A stretch of DNA of 63,089 nucleotides, the filler included, from Candidatus Woesearchaeota archaeon (GTDB lineage: Archaea; Nanobdellota; Nanobdellia; Woesearchaeales; J072), in the NCBI GenBank assembly GCA_003695265.1. It is 7 parts of 7 records of this genome, joined end to end, with 100 filler letters (N's around TTAATTAATTAA, not from the genome) between each part and the next. Parts side by side here need not be neighbours in the genome. Positions count along the whole stretch, not along the records: positions 6,724 to 10,221 come from RFII01000064.1; positions 10,322 to 30,045 come from RFII01000066.1; 5 more parts are not named here. One strand, 5' to 3'. Under the pieces are notes generated by a model, which was not told where the DNA came from, made no database searches, and worked only from the letters and a program-made list of their open reading frames with translations. Below are positions 9,463 to 17,565 of this stretch, piece after piece; the first letter of the stretch is position 1; every line of letters begins with the position of its first letter. A program made the position numbers and the translations under genes.

Positions 9463-10034
9463 ACTTCTATTGTGTAATGAAAATAATCATCCCAAGGATT
9501 TTCTAATTTCATCATCTGTTGTATGCTGAGATTCTCAAAGTATTTTCTGAAAGGCCTCATTGAATTGCCGTGAGCAGAAATCGCGACATTGATTTTTTCT
9601 TTTCTCATCTTCTTAAGCAAGTCCTTAATGAATGAATTAACTCTCTTTTCAACCATTTTAATGCTTTCCCCGCCTGGCGGAGGAACATCATAAGAGCGAT
9701 GATACTTATTATAAAGGTCAATTCCGTGTTCTCTGATGAATACGCGGTGCGTTTTTCCCTGAAGCTTACCATAGCTGCGTTCTATCATACGATCATCAGT
9801 TATGATTTTCTTGCACTCAGGATGGTATTTGAGGACTTCTCTAAGTGTTTGTTTCGAGCGGGAAAGTCTTGTTTGAAAGGCTACATCAATTCGTTTGCCT
9901 TTTAGTTTTCTAGCGATCTTCTTTGCATCCTTAACCCCTTGAGCTGTCAGTTTGGAATCTTTCCATCCAGTGAATATTTTGTGCTTATTATAATAAGTCT
10001 GGCCGTGCCTGAAAAGATAGATGTGCAGCTTCAT
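9459..10034 (-). CDS. gpmA: 2,3-bisphosphoglycerate-dependent phosphoglycerate mutase
   Basis: RHGQT...FTGWKD, ERSYGKLQG, RSYDVPPPGGES, AHGNSMR. Confidence 0.88.
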   Translation of the reverse strand: MKLHIYLFRHGQTYYNKHKIFTGWKDSKLTAQGVKDAKKIARKLKGKRIDVAFQTRLSRSKQTLREVLKYHPECKKIITDDRMIERSYGKLQGKTHRVFIREHGIDLYNKYHRSYDVPPPGGESIKMVEKRVNSFIKDLLKKMRKEKINVAISAHGNSMRPFRKYFENLSIQQMMKLENPWDDYFHYTIEV

Positions 10035-10085
10035 AATAAGTTTCTATGGATTACTTGGTTTAAATAAGTTTCTATATTAAGGCTT

Positions 10086-10199
10086 TGTCAGCTTAAGTTG
10101 GAAAGTTTTGATGGTAAAGGGGCGGTGCGGGCGGGACTAAAAAATTTACATATTGCATAAAAACTTTTACAATCTCCCAACATAACAAAATTGACTTAA
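10086..10199 (-). repeat. Dispersed intergenic element, copy A
   Basis: Core TTTTTTAGTCCCGCCCGCACC flanked by TTAAGTCAATTTTGTT and ACTTAAG on the minus strand. Confidence 0.85.
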
Positions 10200-10321
10200 T
10201 ATTATATTAAAAATATTATTGNNNNNNNNNNNNNNNNNNNNNNNNNNNNNNNNNNNNNNNNNNNNTTAATTAATTAANNNNNNNNNNNNNNNNNNNNNNN
10301 NNNNNNNNNNNNNNNNNNNNN

Positions 10322-10783
10322 GGTGATGCTGAATATGAGTACGAGTACAGCTGGGAGGGATGGGAGCCGGAAGTGAACAACACAATAGCGACAAGGTTTA
10401 AACTTACAAACCTGGAGAACAAAAAAGGCGTTTTCACAGTGCGTTTCGCGTTTTTTGACGAGGCAGAACACCCCTTCGGGGCTTTTCAGGGAGTTAATTA
10501 TGATGAAGTTAAGAATGTGCTCCCGTGGAGTTCTGCAAGCATGTGGAGTAACATAACTCAAGAGATAGAAGGGAGAAGTTCAGCAATGTTTGTGCCGAGC
10601 GTGAAAAAAAAGAACTCGACGAGTACGTACTGGGCCTATGCTATTGTTGAGCCGCCAAAGCGCGAGAAGTGCGTTACAAAGTATAATTATACGAAGATAA
10701 ACAAAACAATCATGGTAAATAGGACAGTAAGGGTTAATAAGACAGAAACAATAAGCCTTCTGGATTTGATAATAGGATCATAG
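10322..10783 (+). CDS. Hypothetical protein, 3' fragment (contig edge)
   Basis: ORF track calls 10373-10783; true start probably lost at the contig edge; several N-glycosylation sequons. Confidence 0.5.
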   Translation, partial: GDAEYEYEYSWEGWEPEVNNTIATRFKLTNLENKKGVFTVRFAFFDEAEHPFGAFQGVNYDEVKNVLPWSSASMWSNITQEIEGRSSAMFVPSVKKKNSTSTYWAYAIVEPPKREKCVTKYNYTKINKTIMVNRTVRVNKTETISLLDLIIGS

Positions 10784-10819
10784 CAGCAACTTAAATATTT
10801 AATTAGTTTTTTAATCATT

Positions 10820-11248
10820 ATGCAACTTACAGAAGAGAGAAAAGAAGAAATAAGGAGAAGCGTGGAAGAATTGTTAGAGCCTTACAATGGAAACTTGAGG
10901 AGCTTTACGCTGCAAGAAGAGAGGGAAAGGCTTGGTATTGTTTTAATAGGGTACAGCAGGCACGTTTCAAAAGAGCTTGAAATAGAGCTTTACTGTATAG
11001 AAGGAGCAGCTTACATTATAGCAATACATCCCTCATTAAGGCGCATTAGCGGATACATGCTCGGACATGAGATAGGTCACATACAATTAGGCCATCTTCC
11101 TGCAAGAAAGGTGGAAAGCCCTGAAGACACTCCTATAGAAAGAGAAGAGGCTAATTATTTCAGTGAATACTTAAACAAAAGGCTTAGTGGAATAAACTGG
11201 CTTAAAGGCTTAAAAGTTGAAAACATTGATGATTTAATGAATGAGTAA
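10820..11248 (+). CDS. ImmA/IrrE-like zinc metallopeptidase
   Basis: HEIGH followed by EREEANYF. Confidence 0.7.
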   Translation: MQLTEERKEEIRRSVEELLEPYNGNLRSFTLQEERERLGIVLIGYSRHVSKELEIELYCIEGAAYIIAIHPSLRRISGYMLGHEIGHIQLGHLPARKVESPEDTPIEREEANYFSEYLNKRLSGINWLKGLKVENIDDLMNE

Positions 11249-11280
11249 AGTTTAAATACATTCTTTCTTAATAAGATTTT

Positions 11281-11772
11281 ATGAAAGCAGCTCTCCTGAT
11301 AATGCTGATCGTTTTTAGCAGCTGCACAATTGTCGGCCAAAAAGCTCCTATAGGAGACTTGAAGTATTTGGGAAACTTTTACATAATAAGGGAGGATGAT
11401 TTCCTCAAAGGGTGGTTCTCTGTTTTTGACAGCAACGGCTTTACAACAAGAGCAAGCGGAGAGGCATTCCTGACAATAAAAGACAAGAGCGGAAGGACTG
11501 TTTACCACCAAAAGTACTCTGTGCTAAAAGAGGATTTTGCAAGCCTACAAGAAATCACTGGTGAAGGCACAGGAGAAGCGTACGTTTTTAAGATCGCCTT
11601 AGATGACATAGCAGCATCAGAATTCTTAACAGGAAAAGCGTATTTGAGGTTTAAAACAGCAGACATAACATTTCCAGAGGTTGAAACAGTTGTTTTCGGC
11701 CTGCCCAGAAACCAAGACATTGAGAGTGAGGAAATAGTTCCTTTTGAGGGGTGCGTCGCCCTGAGGTCTTAA
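11281..11772 (+). CDS. Putative lipoprotein
   Basis: Signal peptide ending FSSC. Confidence 0.6.
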   Translation: MKAALLIMLIVFSSCTIVGQKAPIGDLKYLGNFYIIREDDFLKGWFSVFDSNGFTTRASGEAFLTIKDKSGRTVYHQKYSVLKEDFASLQEITGEGTGEAYVFKIALDDIAASEFLTGKAYLRFKTADITFPEVETVVFGLPRNQDIESEEIVPFEGCVALRS

Positions 11773-12431
11773 TAAAGCTTAGCCAACCTCTCAGGCTTCC
11801 AACTAAGAACATAGTAAAAAAACAGGATTTTCATGTTTTTGAAAGCTTGGCTGAGCCAACCGTTTTTTAAGTATTTCCTGGAGGACGCGACAACATATTC
11901 TTTTATAACAGCAATGTTTCCTGCTTTTCTCAGCCTCTTAGAAAAGTCTACGTCCTCCATTATAGGGATTTCCTTGAACCCGTTCATTTTCTCAAACACG
12001 TCTTTTCTCACAAAAATGCATTCGTTGCCCCAAAAACTCTTGAAAACACCAATCCTTATTTTTGAAACAAGGACGTTAACGCTCAGCAAAAACGATTTTT
12101 TGTCGTACTTCTTATAAAACGCGCCTCCGACGCTTTTTTTGCATGCTGCCTCGATTTTGCTTATCGCGTTTTTCGGAACAACAATATCCGCGTGCAAAAA
12201 CCACAAAATATTGCCTTTGGCAAGAGAAGCGCCCTTATTCATCTGCAGGGCTCTTCCTTTTTTTGAGCGAACAATCCTGACGTTGAATTTGGCAGCTTTT
12301 TCGATAGTCTTGTCTTTGCTGCCAGCATCGACAATGATTACCTCAAAGTTTCCTTTCTGACTGAACAAAGAGCTTAAACAATTGCTGATGCTCTTAGCCT
12401 CGTTCAATGTTGGGATTATAACAGATATCAT
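11769..12431 (-). CDS. GT2 glycosyltransferase, TIGR04283-like
   Basis: MISVIIPTLNE, GRALQMNKGA, FLHAD, PIMEDV, SSRK; start placed at 12431. Confidence 0.85.
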   Translation of the reverse strand: MISVIIPTLNEAKSISNCLSSLFSQKGNFEVIIVDAGSKDKTIEKAAKFNVRIVRSKKGRALQMNKGASLAKGNILWFLHADIVVPKNAISKIEAACKKSVGGAFYKKYDKKSFLLSVNVLVSKIRIGVFKSFWGNECIFVRKDVFEKMNGFKEIPIMEDVDFSKRLRKAGNIAVIKEYVVASSRKYLKNGWLSQAFKNMKILFFYYVLSWKPERLAKLY

Positions 12432-12519
12432 AACCAGAAAGAAACAACTTTTCATATAAAAGATTATGTAAAAAAGATTATTCGAAAATATTATTAACAA
12501 AAGAAAAAAATATGAGATT

Positions 12520-13080
12520 ATGAGCTTAATAAAGAGGATAGTGTTCAGCTTTTACGTGAGAGGACCTTCGAGAAGCAAGGTGAAAAGGATAACAAAGCAT
12601 CTGAAGAAGACAGACAACATATTAGATATTGGGTCTGGCTACGGCGCGGTTTCCTGGCTGCTGAGAAAACAAGGTTATAAAGTAACGCCTTTGGACGTGA
12701 AAAACAAGAGCTGCACAAAGGAAATAAGGCCAATAATATATAATGGCAGGAAAATACCGTTTAAGGACAAAAGCTTTGATGTTGCGCTGTTGATTACTGT
12801 GCTGCACCACACAAAAAATCCTGAAGAAGTCCTGAAAGAAGCTAGGAGGGTTGCGAAACGCCTTATAGTAATGGAAGAAACTTACTCAAACATTTTTCAG
12901 AAGTATGTTACTTTCATAATTGACAGCCTCGTGAATTTTGAATTCTTAGGACATCCGCACACCAACAAAACAGATGCTGAATGGAGGAGAACATTTAGAA
13001 ATATGGGGTTGGAAGTGTGTGATGTAAACAAAAAAAGGCAGCTGGTATTTCTTGAGCAAGTCACTTATTTTTTGCGCTGA
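12520..13080 (+). CDS. Class I SAM-dependent methyltransferase
   Basis: ILDIGSGYG, IPFKDKSFD, VLHH. Confidence 0.85.
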   Translation: MSLIKRIVFSFYVRGPSRSKVKRITKHLKKTDNILDIGSGYGAVSWLLRKQGYKVTPLDVKNKSCTKEIRPIIYNGRKIPFKDKSFDVALLITVLHHTKNPEEVLKEARRVAKRLIVMEETYSNIFQKYVTFIIDSLVNFEFLGHPHTNKTDAEWRRTFRNMGLEVCDVNKKRQLVFLEQVTYFLR

Positions 13081-13727
13081 AAATACTTGATAATCCAAGG
13101 AGCGCTCATCCCAACAACAAAAATCGCGATTCCAAAGAGAGGCTTCCAAGCTAGCACGTCGGAAAGTGAATTTACGCCAGAGAACGCCCCTCCCAAAAAA
13201 ACAGCCACGAAACTTAAAGGGACTGTCGGAATAAGGGTTCCAATCATGAAATCCTTGTATGAGACATTGCTTATGCCGCACGCATAACTCACCAAATCCC
13301 AAGACAGCATAAACCTTGCGGTCATTATGGGAGCCCAGCCCTGCTTCTCAATCTTCTCTTTTACTCTATGAAGCCTTCCTTTTCCCTCGTGCCTGTTCAC
13401 CCATTCTTGGCCGATAAACCTTGCAAGCCAGAACGCCAGGTTTGCCGCGAGCAAAGCCCCTGCACTAACAAGAATTGTGCCTAGGAAAGCGCCGTAAACA
13501 AAGCCCACAGCAATGGCTATAGGCAGGGGAGGAATTACTGGAATTAGAGGCCTAACGGAATAAAGTATTATGAAAATGATTGGCCCTAAAGCACCTAAGT
13601 CAAGAAGTCTCATCTTGAAATACTCAACAGTAAGCTGGCTTTTGTCAATTCCTGAGAAAAAGAAAAGGTATGCAATGAGCCCTATGATTAGGGCAAGTAA
13701 CACAGGCTTGATTATTTTTTGGTTCAT
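13065..13727 (-). CDS. TVP38/TMEM64 (DedA/VTT) membrane protein
   Basis: G..YG...G, LAFWLARFIG, SYACG..., FMIGTL. Confidence 0.85.
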   Translation of the reverse strand: MNQKIIKPVLLALIIGLIAYLFFFSGIDKSQLTVEYFKMRLLDLGALGPIIFIILYSVRPLIPVIPPLPIAIAVGFVYGAFLGTILVSAGALLAANLAFWLARFIGQEWVNRHEGKGRLHRVKEKIEKQGWAPIMTARFMLSWDLVSYACGISNVSYKDFMIGTLIPTVPLSFVAVFLGGAFSGVNSLSDVLAWKPLFGIAIFVVGMSAPWIIKYFQRKK

Positions 13728-13769
13728 TAGCAAGAAAAAAAAGAGATGCTTTAATAAAGTTTCTTAAAA

Positions 13770-13858
13770 AGGTGCTGTCTTAAGTGAGAAATCTTTGGTG
13801 GTGTGGGCGGGACTAAAAAAATTTATAATCTCCAAGCACAACAAAATTTGCTTTACCC
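13770..13858 (-). repeat. Dispersed intergenic element, copy B
   Basis: AGTCCCGCCCACACCACCAAAGATTTCTCACTTAAGACAGCACCT on the minus strand. Confidence 0.9.
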
Positions 13859-13898
13859 AGGGGAAAACGCAAAAACTTAAATATTCAATGTGTTTTTG

Positions 13899-13947
13899 AC
13901 ACTAAATATTGGGGTTGTCTCCAACTATTCATCACAACATGTAGTGG
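13899..13947 (+). promoter_or_regulatory. Tandem NrdR boxes upstream of nrdR
   Basis: ACACTAAATATTGGGG (13899-13914) and TCACAACATGTAGTGG (13932-13947) fit the acaCwAtATaTwGtgt consensus; starts 33 nt apart. Confidence 0.8.
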
Positions 13948-13955
13948 TGTTTTGA

Positions 13956-14408
13956 ATGAAATGTCCGTTTTGCTCGTCAACAGAGCTCAAAGTGATTGAT
14001 TCGCGCGACACAGAAGACCTTTCTGCAATCAGGAGAAGGCGTGAATGCGAGAAGTGCGGCAAGCGCTTCACAACTTATGAAAGAATGGAGAATGTCGCGA
14101 TAACAGTTGTGAAGAAAGACGGCACTAAAGAAATATTTGACAGGGATAAAATACGCAACGGCATAATTATTGCCTGCAGAAAGCGTGACGTCTCAGCTGA
14201 TGATATTGAGAAAGCTGTTAATTGCATTGAGCAGCAGGTAAGAAATGAGGAAAATAACATTATAACTTCAAAGAAAATAGGGCAACTGGTAATGAAGCAG
14301 CTTAGGAAAATGGACAAAGTGGCTTATATAAGGTTCGCATCTGTTTACAAGGATTTTGAGGACATTGAAACGTTTGCGAAAGAAATAAGCAAGCTCTCTA
14401 CCAAGTAA
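13956..14408 (+). CDS. nrdR: Transcriptional repressor NrdR
   Basis: MKCPFC...DSR...RRRRECEKCGKRFTTYE zinc ribbon, ATP cone, DKVAYIRFASVY. Confidence 0.96.
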   Translation: MKCPFCSSTELKVIDSRDTEDLSAIRRRRECEKCGKRFTTYERMENVAITVVKKDGTKEIFDRDKIRNGIIIACRKRDVSADDIEKAVNCIEQQVRNEENNIITSKKIGQLVMKQLRKMDKVAYIRFASVYKDFEDIETFAKEISKLSTK

Positions 14409-14452
14409 AATTTTTAAATGAATCTAAAATCAAAAGAACAAGGTGAGAAAAT

Positions 14453-14686
14453 ATGGCAAAAGTAACACATGACAAGGAAACATGTATCGGTTGTGGGGCG
14501 TGCGCCTCGGTCTGTGAGAAATTCTGGGAAATGAATGATGAAGAGGGGAAATCAGTTCTTAAAGGCGCAAAAAAGAATCCGGAAACAGGCTTTGAGGAGC
14601 TGGAAGTTGAGAGCGAAGAGGATATAAAGTGCAACCAAGAAGCTGCTGACTCCTGCCCTGTTAATTGCATAAAAGTTGAAAAATAA
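14453..14686 (+). CDS. Monocluster ferredoxin
   Basis: CIGCGAC and CPVNCI. Confidence 0.9.
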   Translation: MAKVTHDKETCIGCGACASVCEKFWEMNDEEGKSVLKGAKKNPETGFEELEVESEEDIKCNQEAADSCPVNCIKVEK

Positions 14687-14708
14687 TTAAGAGTTGAAAA
14701 ATATAATT

Positions 14709-14831
14709 ATGAGTGGCAAAAAGCCTGAAAAGAAGAAAAAGAAAAACCCGTTTGCAGAGGTTGAGGAAGAACTAGAAAAATATTCTGAAGGCCTTGAGCC
14801 TGAAAGCTCGCGCTACTCATTTGAGGGGTAA
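14709..14831 (+). CDS. 40-aa charged microprotein (not in ORF track)
   Basis: MSGKKPEKKKKKNPFAEVEEELEKYSEGLEPESSRYSFEG*; fills the gap and stops 1 nt before the EndoIV ATG. Confidence 0.55.
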   Translation: MSGKKPEKKKKKNPFAEVEEELEKYSEGLEPESSRYSFEG

Positions 14832-14832
14832 A

Positions 14833-15666
14833 ATGAAGGAACTTTATTTTGGCACAGCAGGCGTGCCTATCTGCTTGAAGGAAAGAAGCACGGTTTTAGG
14901 CATTGAGAAAGTTAATGAGCTCGGCCTTGGCTGCATGGAAGTAGAATTTGTTAGGGGCGTGAACATGAAGCCGGAAATGGCTGCTGAAGTAAAAAAGGCA
15001 GCCCAAAAATTTGATGTCAAGCTAAGCGCTCACGGCCCCTATTACATTAACCTTAACTCGCCGGAAAAGGAGAAAGTTGGCGCGAGCAGAACACGAATTT
15101 ACCAGACCGCAAAAATAGCTTATCTTTGCGGAGCCTCGACAATCACTTTTCATGCTGCTTATTACATGAAAACAAGCCGGGAAAAAGTGTATGATGTTGT
15201 GAAGGCGCAGCTTAAGAAAATTATCAGCCAATTAAAGGATGAAGGAATAAGCATCTGGGTGAGGCCTGAAACAACAGGTAAGGAAACACAATTCGGCACT
15301 GTCCAAGAATTAGTAAGGCTGAGCCAGGAGCTTGACATGGTGATGCCGTGCGTTGATTTTGCGCATCTGCACGCAAGGTCTGTGGGAAAGTTCAACACTT
15401 ATGACGAGTTTGCAGGCGTATTAAATGAGCTAGAGAAAGGACTTGGAAGGAATGCTCTGGATAACATGCACATTCACATTTCAGGAATCAATTACGGCGA
15501 AAAAGGAGAAAAAAACCATTTAATACTAGAGGAGTCTGACTTTAATTATGCTGAGTTGATGAGAGCATTCAAAGATTTCAGGATTAAGGGCATCGTGATT
15601 TGCGAGAGCCCGAACATTGAGCAGGACGCAATGCTCATGCAAAAAACGTATAAGGAGATGGTTTAA
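14833..15666 (+). CDS. nfo: Endonuclease IV (AP endonuclease family 2)
   Basis: HGPYYINL, PETTGK, DFAHLHAR, HIHISGI, ICESP; start placed at 14833. Confidence 0.9.
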   Translation: MKELYFGTAGVPICLKERSTVLGIEKVNELGLGCMEVEFVRGVNMKPEMAAEVKKAAQKFDVKLSAHGPYYINLNSPEKEKVGASRTRIYQTAKIAYLCGASTITFHAAYYMKTSREKVYDVVKAQLKKIISQLKDEGISIWVRPETTGKETQFGTVQELVRLSQELDMVMPCVDFAHLHARSVGKFNTYDEFAGVLNELEKGLGRNALDNMHIHISGINYGEKGEKNHLILEESDFNYAELMRAFKDFRIKGIVICESPNIEQDAMLMQKTYKEMV

Positions 15667-16767
15667 ATGGTGGAATTCGATGATATTGGTCCGGAAAAAA
15701 TACTTCAGGTTTACGACCCAAAAACAGGAATGAAAGGCATAACAGTAATTGACAATACTGTGAGAGGGCCAGCAAAAGGCGGCATTAGAATGACTCCAAC
15801 AGTTGATGTTGATGAGGTTGCCCGCCTGGCAAGAGCTATGACACTTAAATGCGCTTTGATGGAGCTTCCTTTCGGCGGCGGAAAGTCTGGCATAATCGCT
15901 GATGGCAAAAACATTGATCCTAAGAAGAAGGAAGAAATCGTAAAAGCTTTTGCTAACGCATTAAAGCAGTTTTGCCCTGACATTTACGTTGCCGCGCCGG
16001 ACATGTACATGGGCGAAAAAGAGATGGACCTTTTCGCAAAAACTAACGGTGATATGAAGTCAATAACAGGCAAGTCAAAAGAGCTCGGCGGATTACCTCA
16101 CGAGCTGGGAAGCACAGGCTTCGGAGTTCACTTAGCTGCATTAGTCGGATTGGAGCACTTAGGCATCGACGTTAAAGGAGCGACTGTTGCGATAGAGGGT
16201 TTTGGTAATGTAGGGTGGTTTGCCGCGAAGTTCATGGCAGAGAAAGGCGCAAAGCTGATTGCTGTCTCAGACTCAAAAGGAGTAATCTATAACCCAAACG
16301 GCCTTAACTTCGAGGTTCTTGACAAGGTAAAAAAAGAGGAAAGAACAGTCACTGCCTACAAGGATGGCAAAATTATAAGTGTTGATGAATTGTTGGCTTT
16401 GGATGCGGATGTCTTAATAACAGCAGCAGTTCCTGACCTTTTTGACCATTCCCATGTTGAGAAAATGAAGTTTAAGCTTATTGTTCAAGGCTCTAACATA
16501 CCCACATCTCCAGAAGTTGAGGAGGAGCTGCACAAAAAAGGCGTTTTGGTTATTCCTGACTTTGTCGCTAATGCAGGCGGCGTCATTTCAAGCTACGTCG
16601 AGTACATTGAAGGAACTGAGAAGGAAATGTTCTTCATGGTCGAGGAAAAAATTGTGAAGAATACAAAAATCGTTCTTTCAAGGGCAAAGAAAGAAAGCAT
16701 AAAGCCAAGGGACGCTGCTTTTAAAATAGCTAAGGAAAGAATCAAAAATGAAAGTAAGGCTGGCTAG
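15667..16767 (+). CDS. gdhA: Glu/Leu/Phe/Val dehydrogenase (glutamate dehydrogenase)
   Basis: GPAKGGIR, GGGKSG, APD, GFGNVG, PDFVANAGGV. Confidence 0.9.
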   Translation: MVEFDDIGPEKILQVYDPKTGMKGITVIDNTVRGPAKGGIRMTPTVDVDEVARLARAMTLKCALMELPFGGGKSGIIADGKNIDPKKKEEIVKAFANALKQFCPDIYVAAPDMYMGEKEMDLFAKTNGDMKSITGKSKELGGLPHELGSTGFGVHLAALVGLEHLGIDVKGATVAIEGFGNVGWFAAKFMAEKGAKLIAVSDSKGVIYNPNGLNFEVLDKVKKEERTVTAYKDGKIISVDELLALDADVLITAAVPDLFDHSHVEKMKFKLIVQGSNIPTSPEVEEELHKKGVLVIPDFVANAGGVISSYVEYIEGTEKEMFFMVEEKIVKNTKIVLSRAKKESIKPRDAAFKIAKERIKNESKAG

Positions 16768-17548
16768 GCAAAAAAACTGCCACAAAGGAGAGAACGGCCG
16801 CCTGCTAATAGTTGCAGGAAGCAATGTTTACACAGGAAGCCCTGTTTTCAACGCAATGGCTGCATTGAAGTCAGGCATTGACATCGTGAAAATAATAACT
16901 CTGCGTAGGCCTGCCGAAATCGCCGCTTCTTTCAAGCCTGACATAATAACAATCCCTGTAAAAAAGTATGATAACAAGGCTTTAAAAATAATTTTGGAAG
17001 AATCCAAGAGGCATGACGCGCTTCTTATTGGAGGGGGGCTTGAGAGGAGCAAGGGCTGCTATCGCTTTATTAGGAAAGTTATTGCTTCTGTTGATATTCC
17101 CATGATCATTGATGCAGAGGCAATAAGGGCTCTCGGCTATTATTATAATGTCTTGGAAGGCAAGGAATTTGTGCTGACGCCTCACGCAAACGAGTTCTTA
17201 GCCTTTACTGGCGAAGAAGGCAATTTTGTCTCTGTTAGGGAATGGGCTGAAAAAGTGAAAGGTGTTATCTTGCTGAAAGGCTCGCAGGACCTTATTTCTG
17301 ATGGCACAAAAGTTGTTGCTAACAAGACTGGCAATCCCTACATGGCAAAAGGCGGCTTTGGCGATGTGCTGGCTGGAATATGCGCCGGCCTCGTCTCAAG
17401 AAAAGTTGGGCTGTTTGAGTCGGCCTGCTTAGCAGCTTACGTGAACGGGAAAGCAGGAGACCTCTTGTTTAATGACAAGGGCCCTGGAATGATTGCCTCA
17501 GAAATCTTTGATTACATACCTAAAGTTTTGATAAGAAAAAAAGAATAA
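16748..17548 (+). CDS. nnrD: ADP-dependent NAD(P)H-hydrate dehydratase
   Basis: HKGENG, IDAEA, LTPHANEF, LLKG, GGFGDVLAG. Confidence 0.9.
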   Translation: MKVRLARQKNCHKGENGRLLIVAGSNVYTGSPVFNAMAALKSGIDIVKIITLRRPAEIAASFKPDIITIPVKKYDNKALKIILEESKRHDALLIGGGLERSKGCYRFIRKVIASVDIPMIIDAEAIRALGYYYNVLEGKEFVLTPHANEFLAFTGEEGNFVSVREWAEKVKGVILLKGSQDLISDGTKVVANKTGNPYMAKGGFGDVLAGICAGLVSRKVGLFESACLAAYVNGKAGDLLFNDKGPGMIASEIFDYIPKVLIRKKE

Positions 17549-17565
17549 AAAATTAGTGATAAAAT

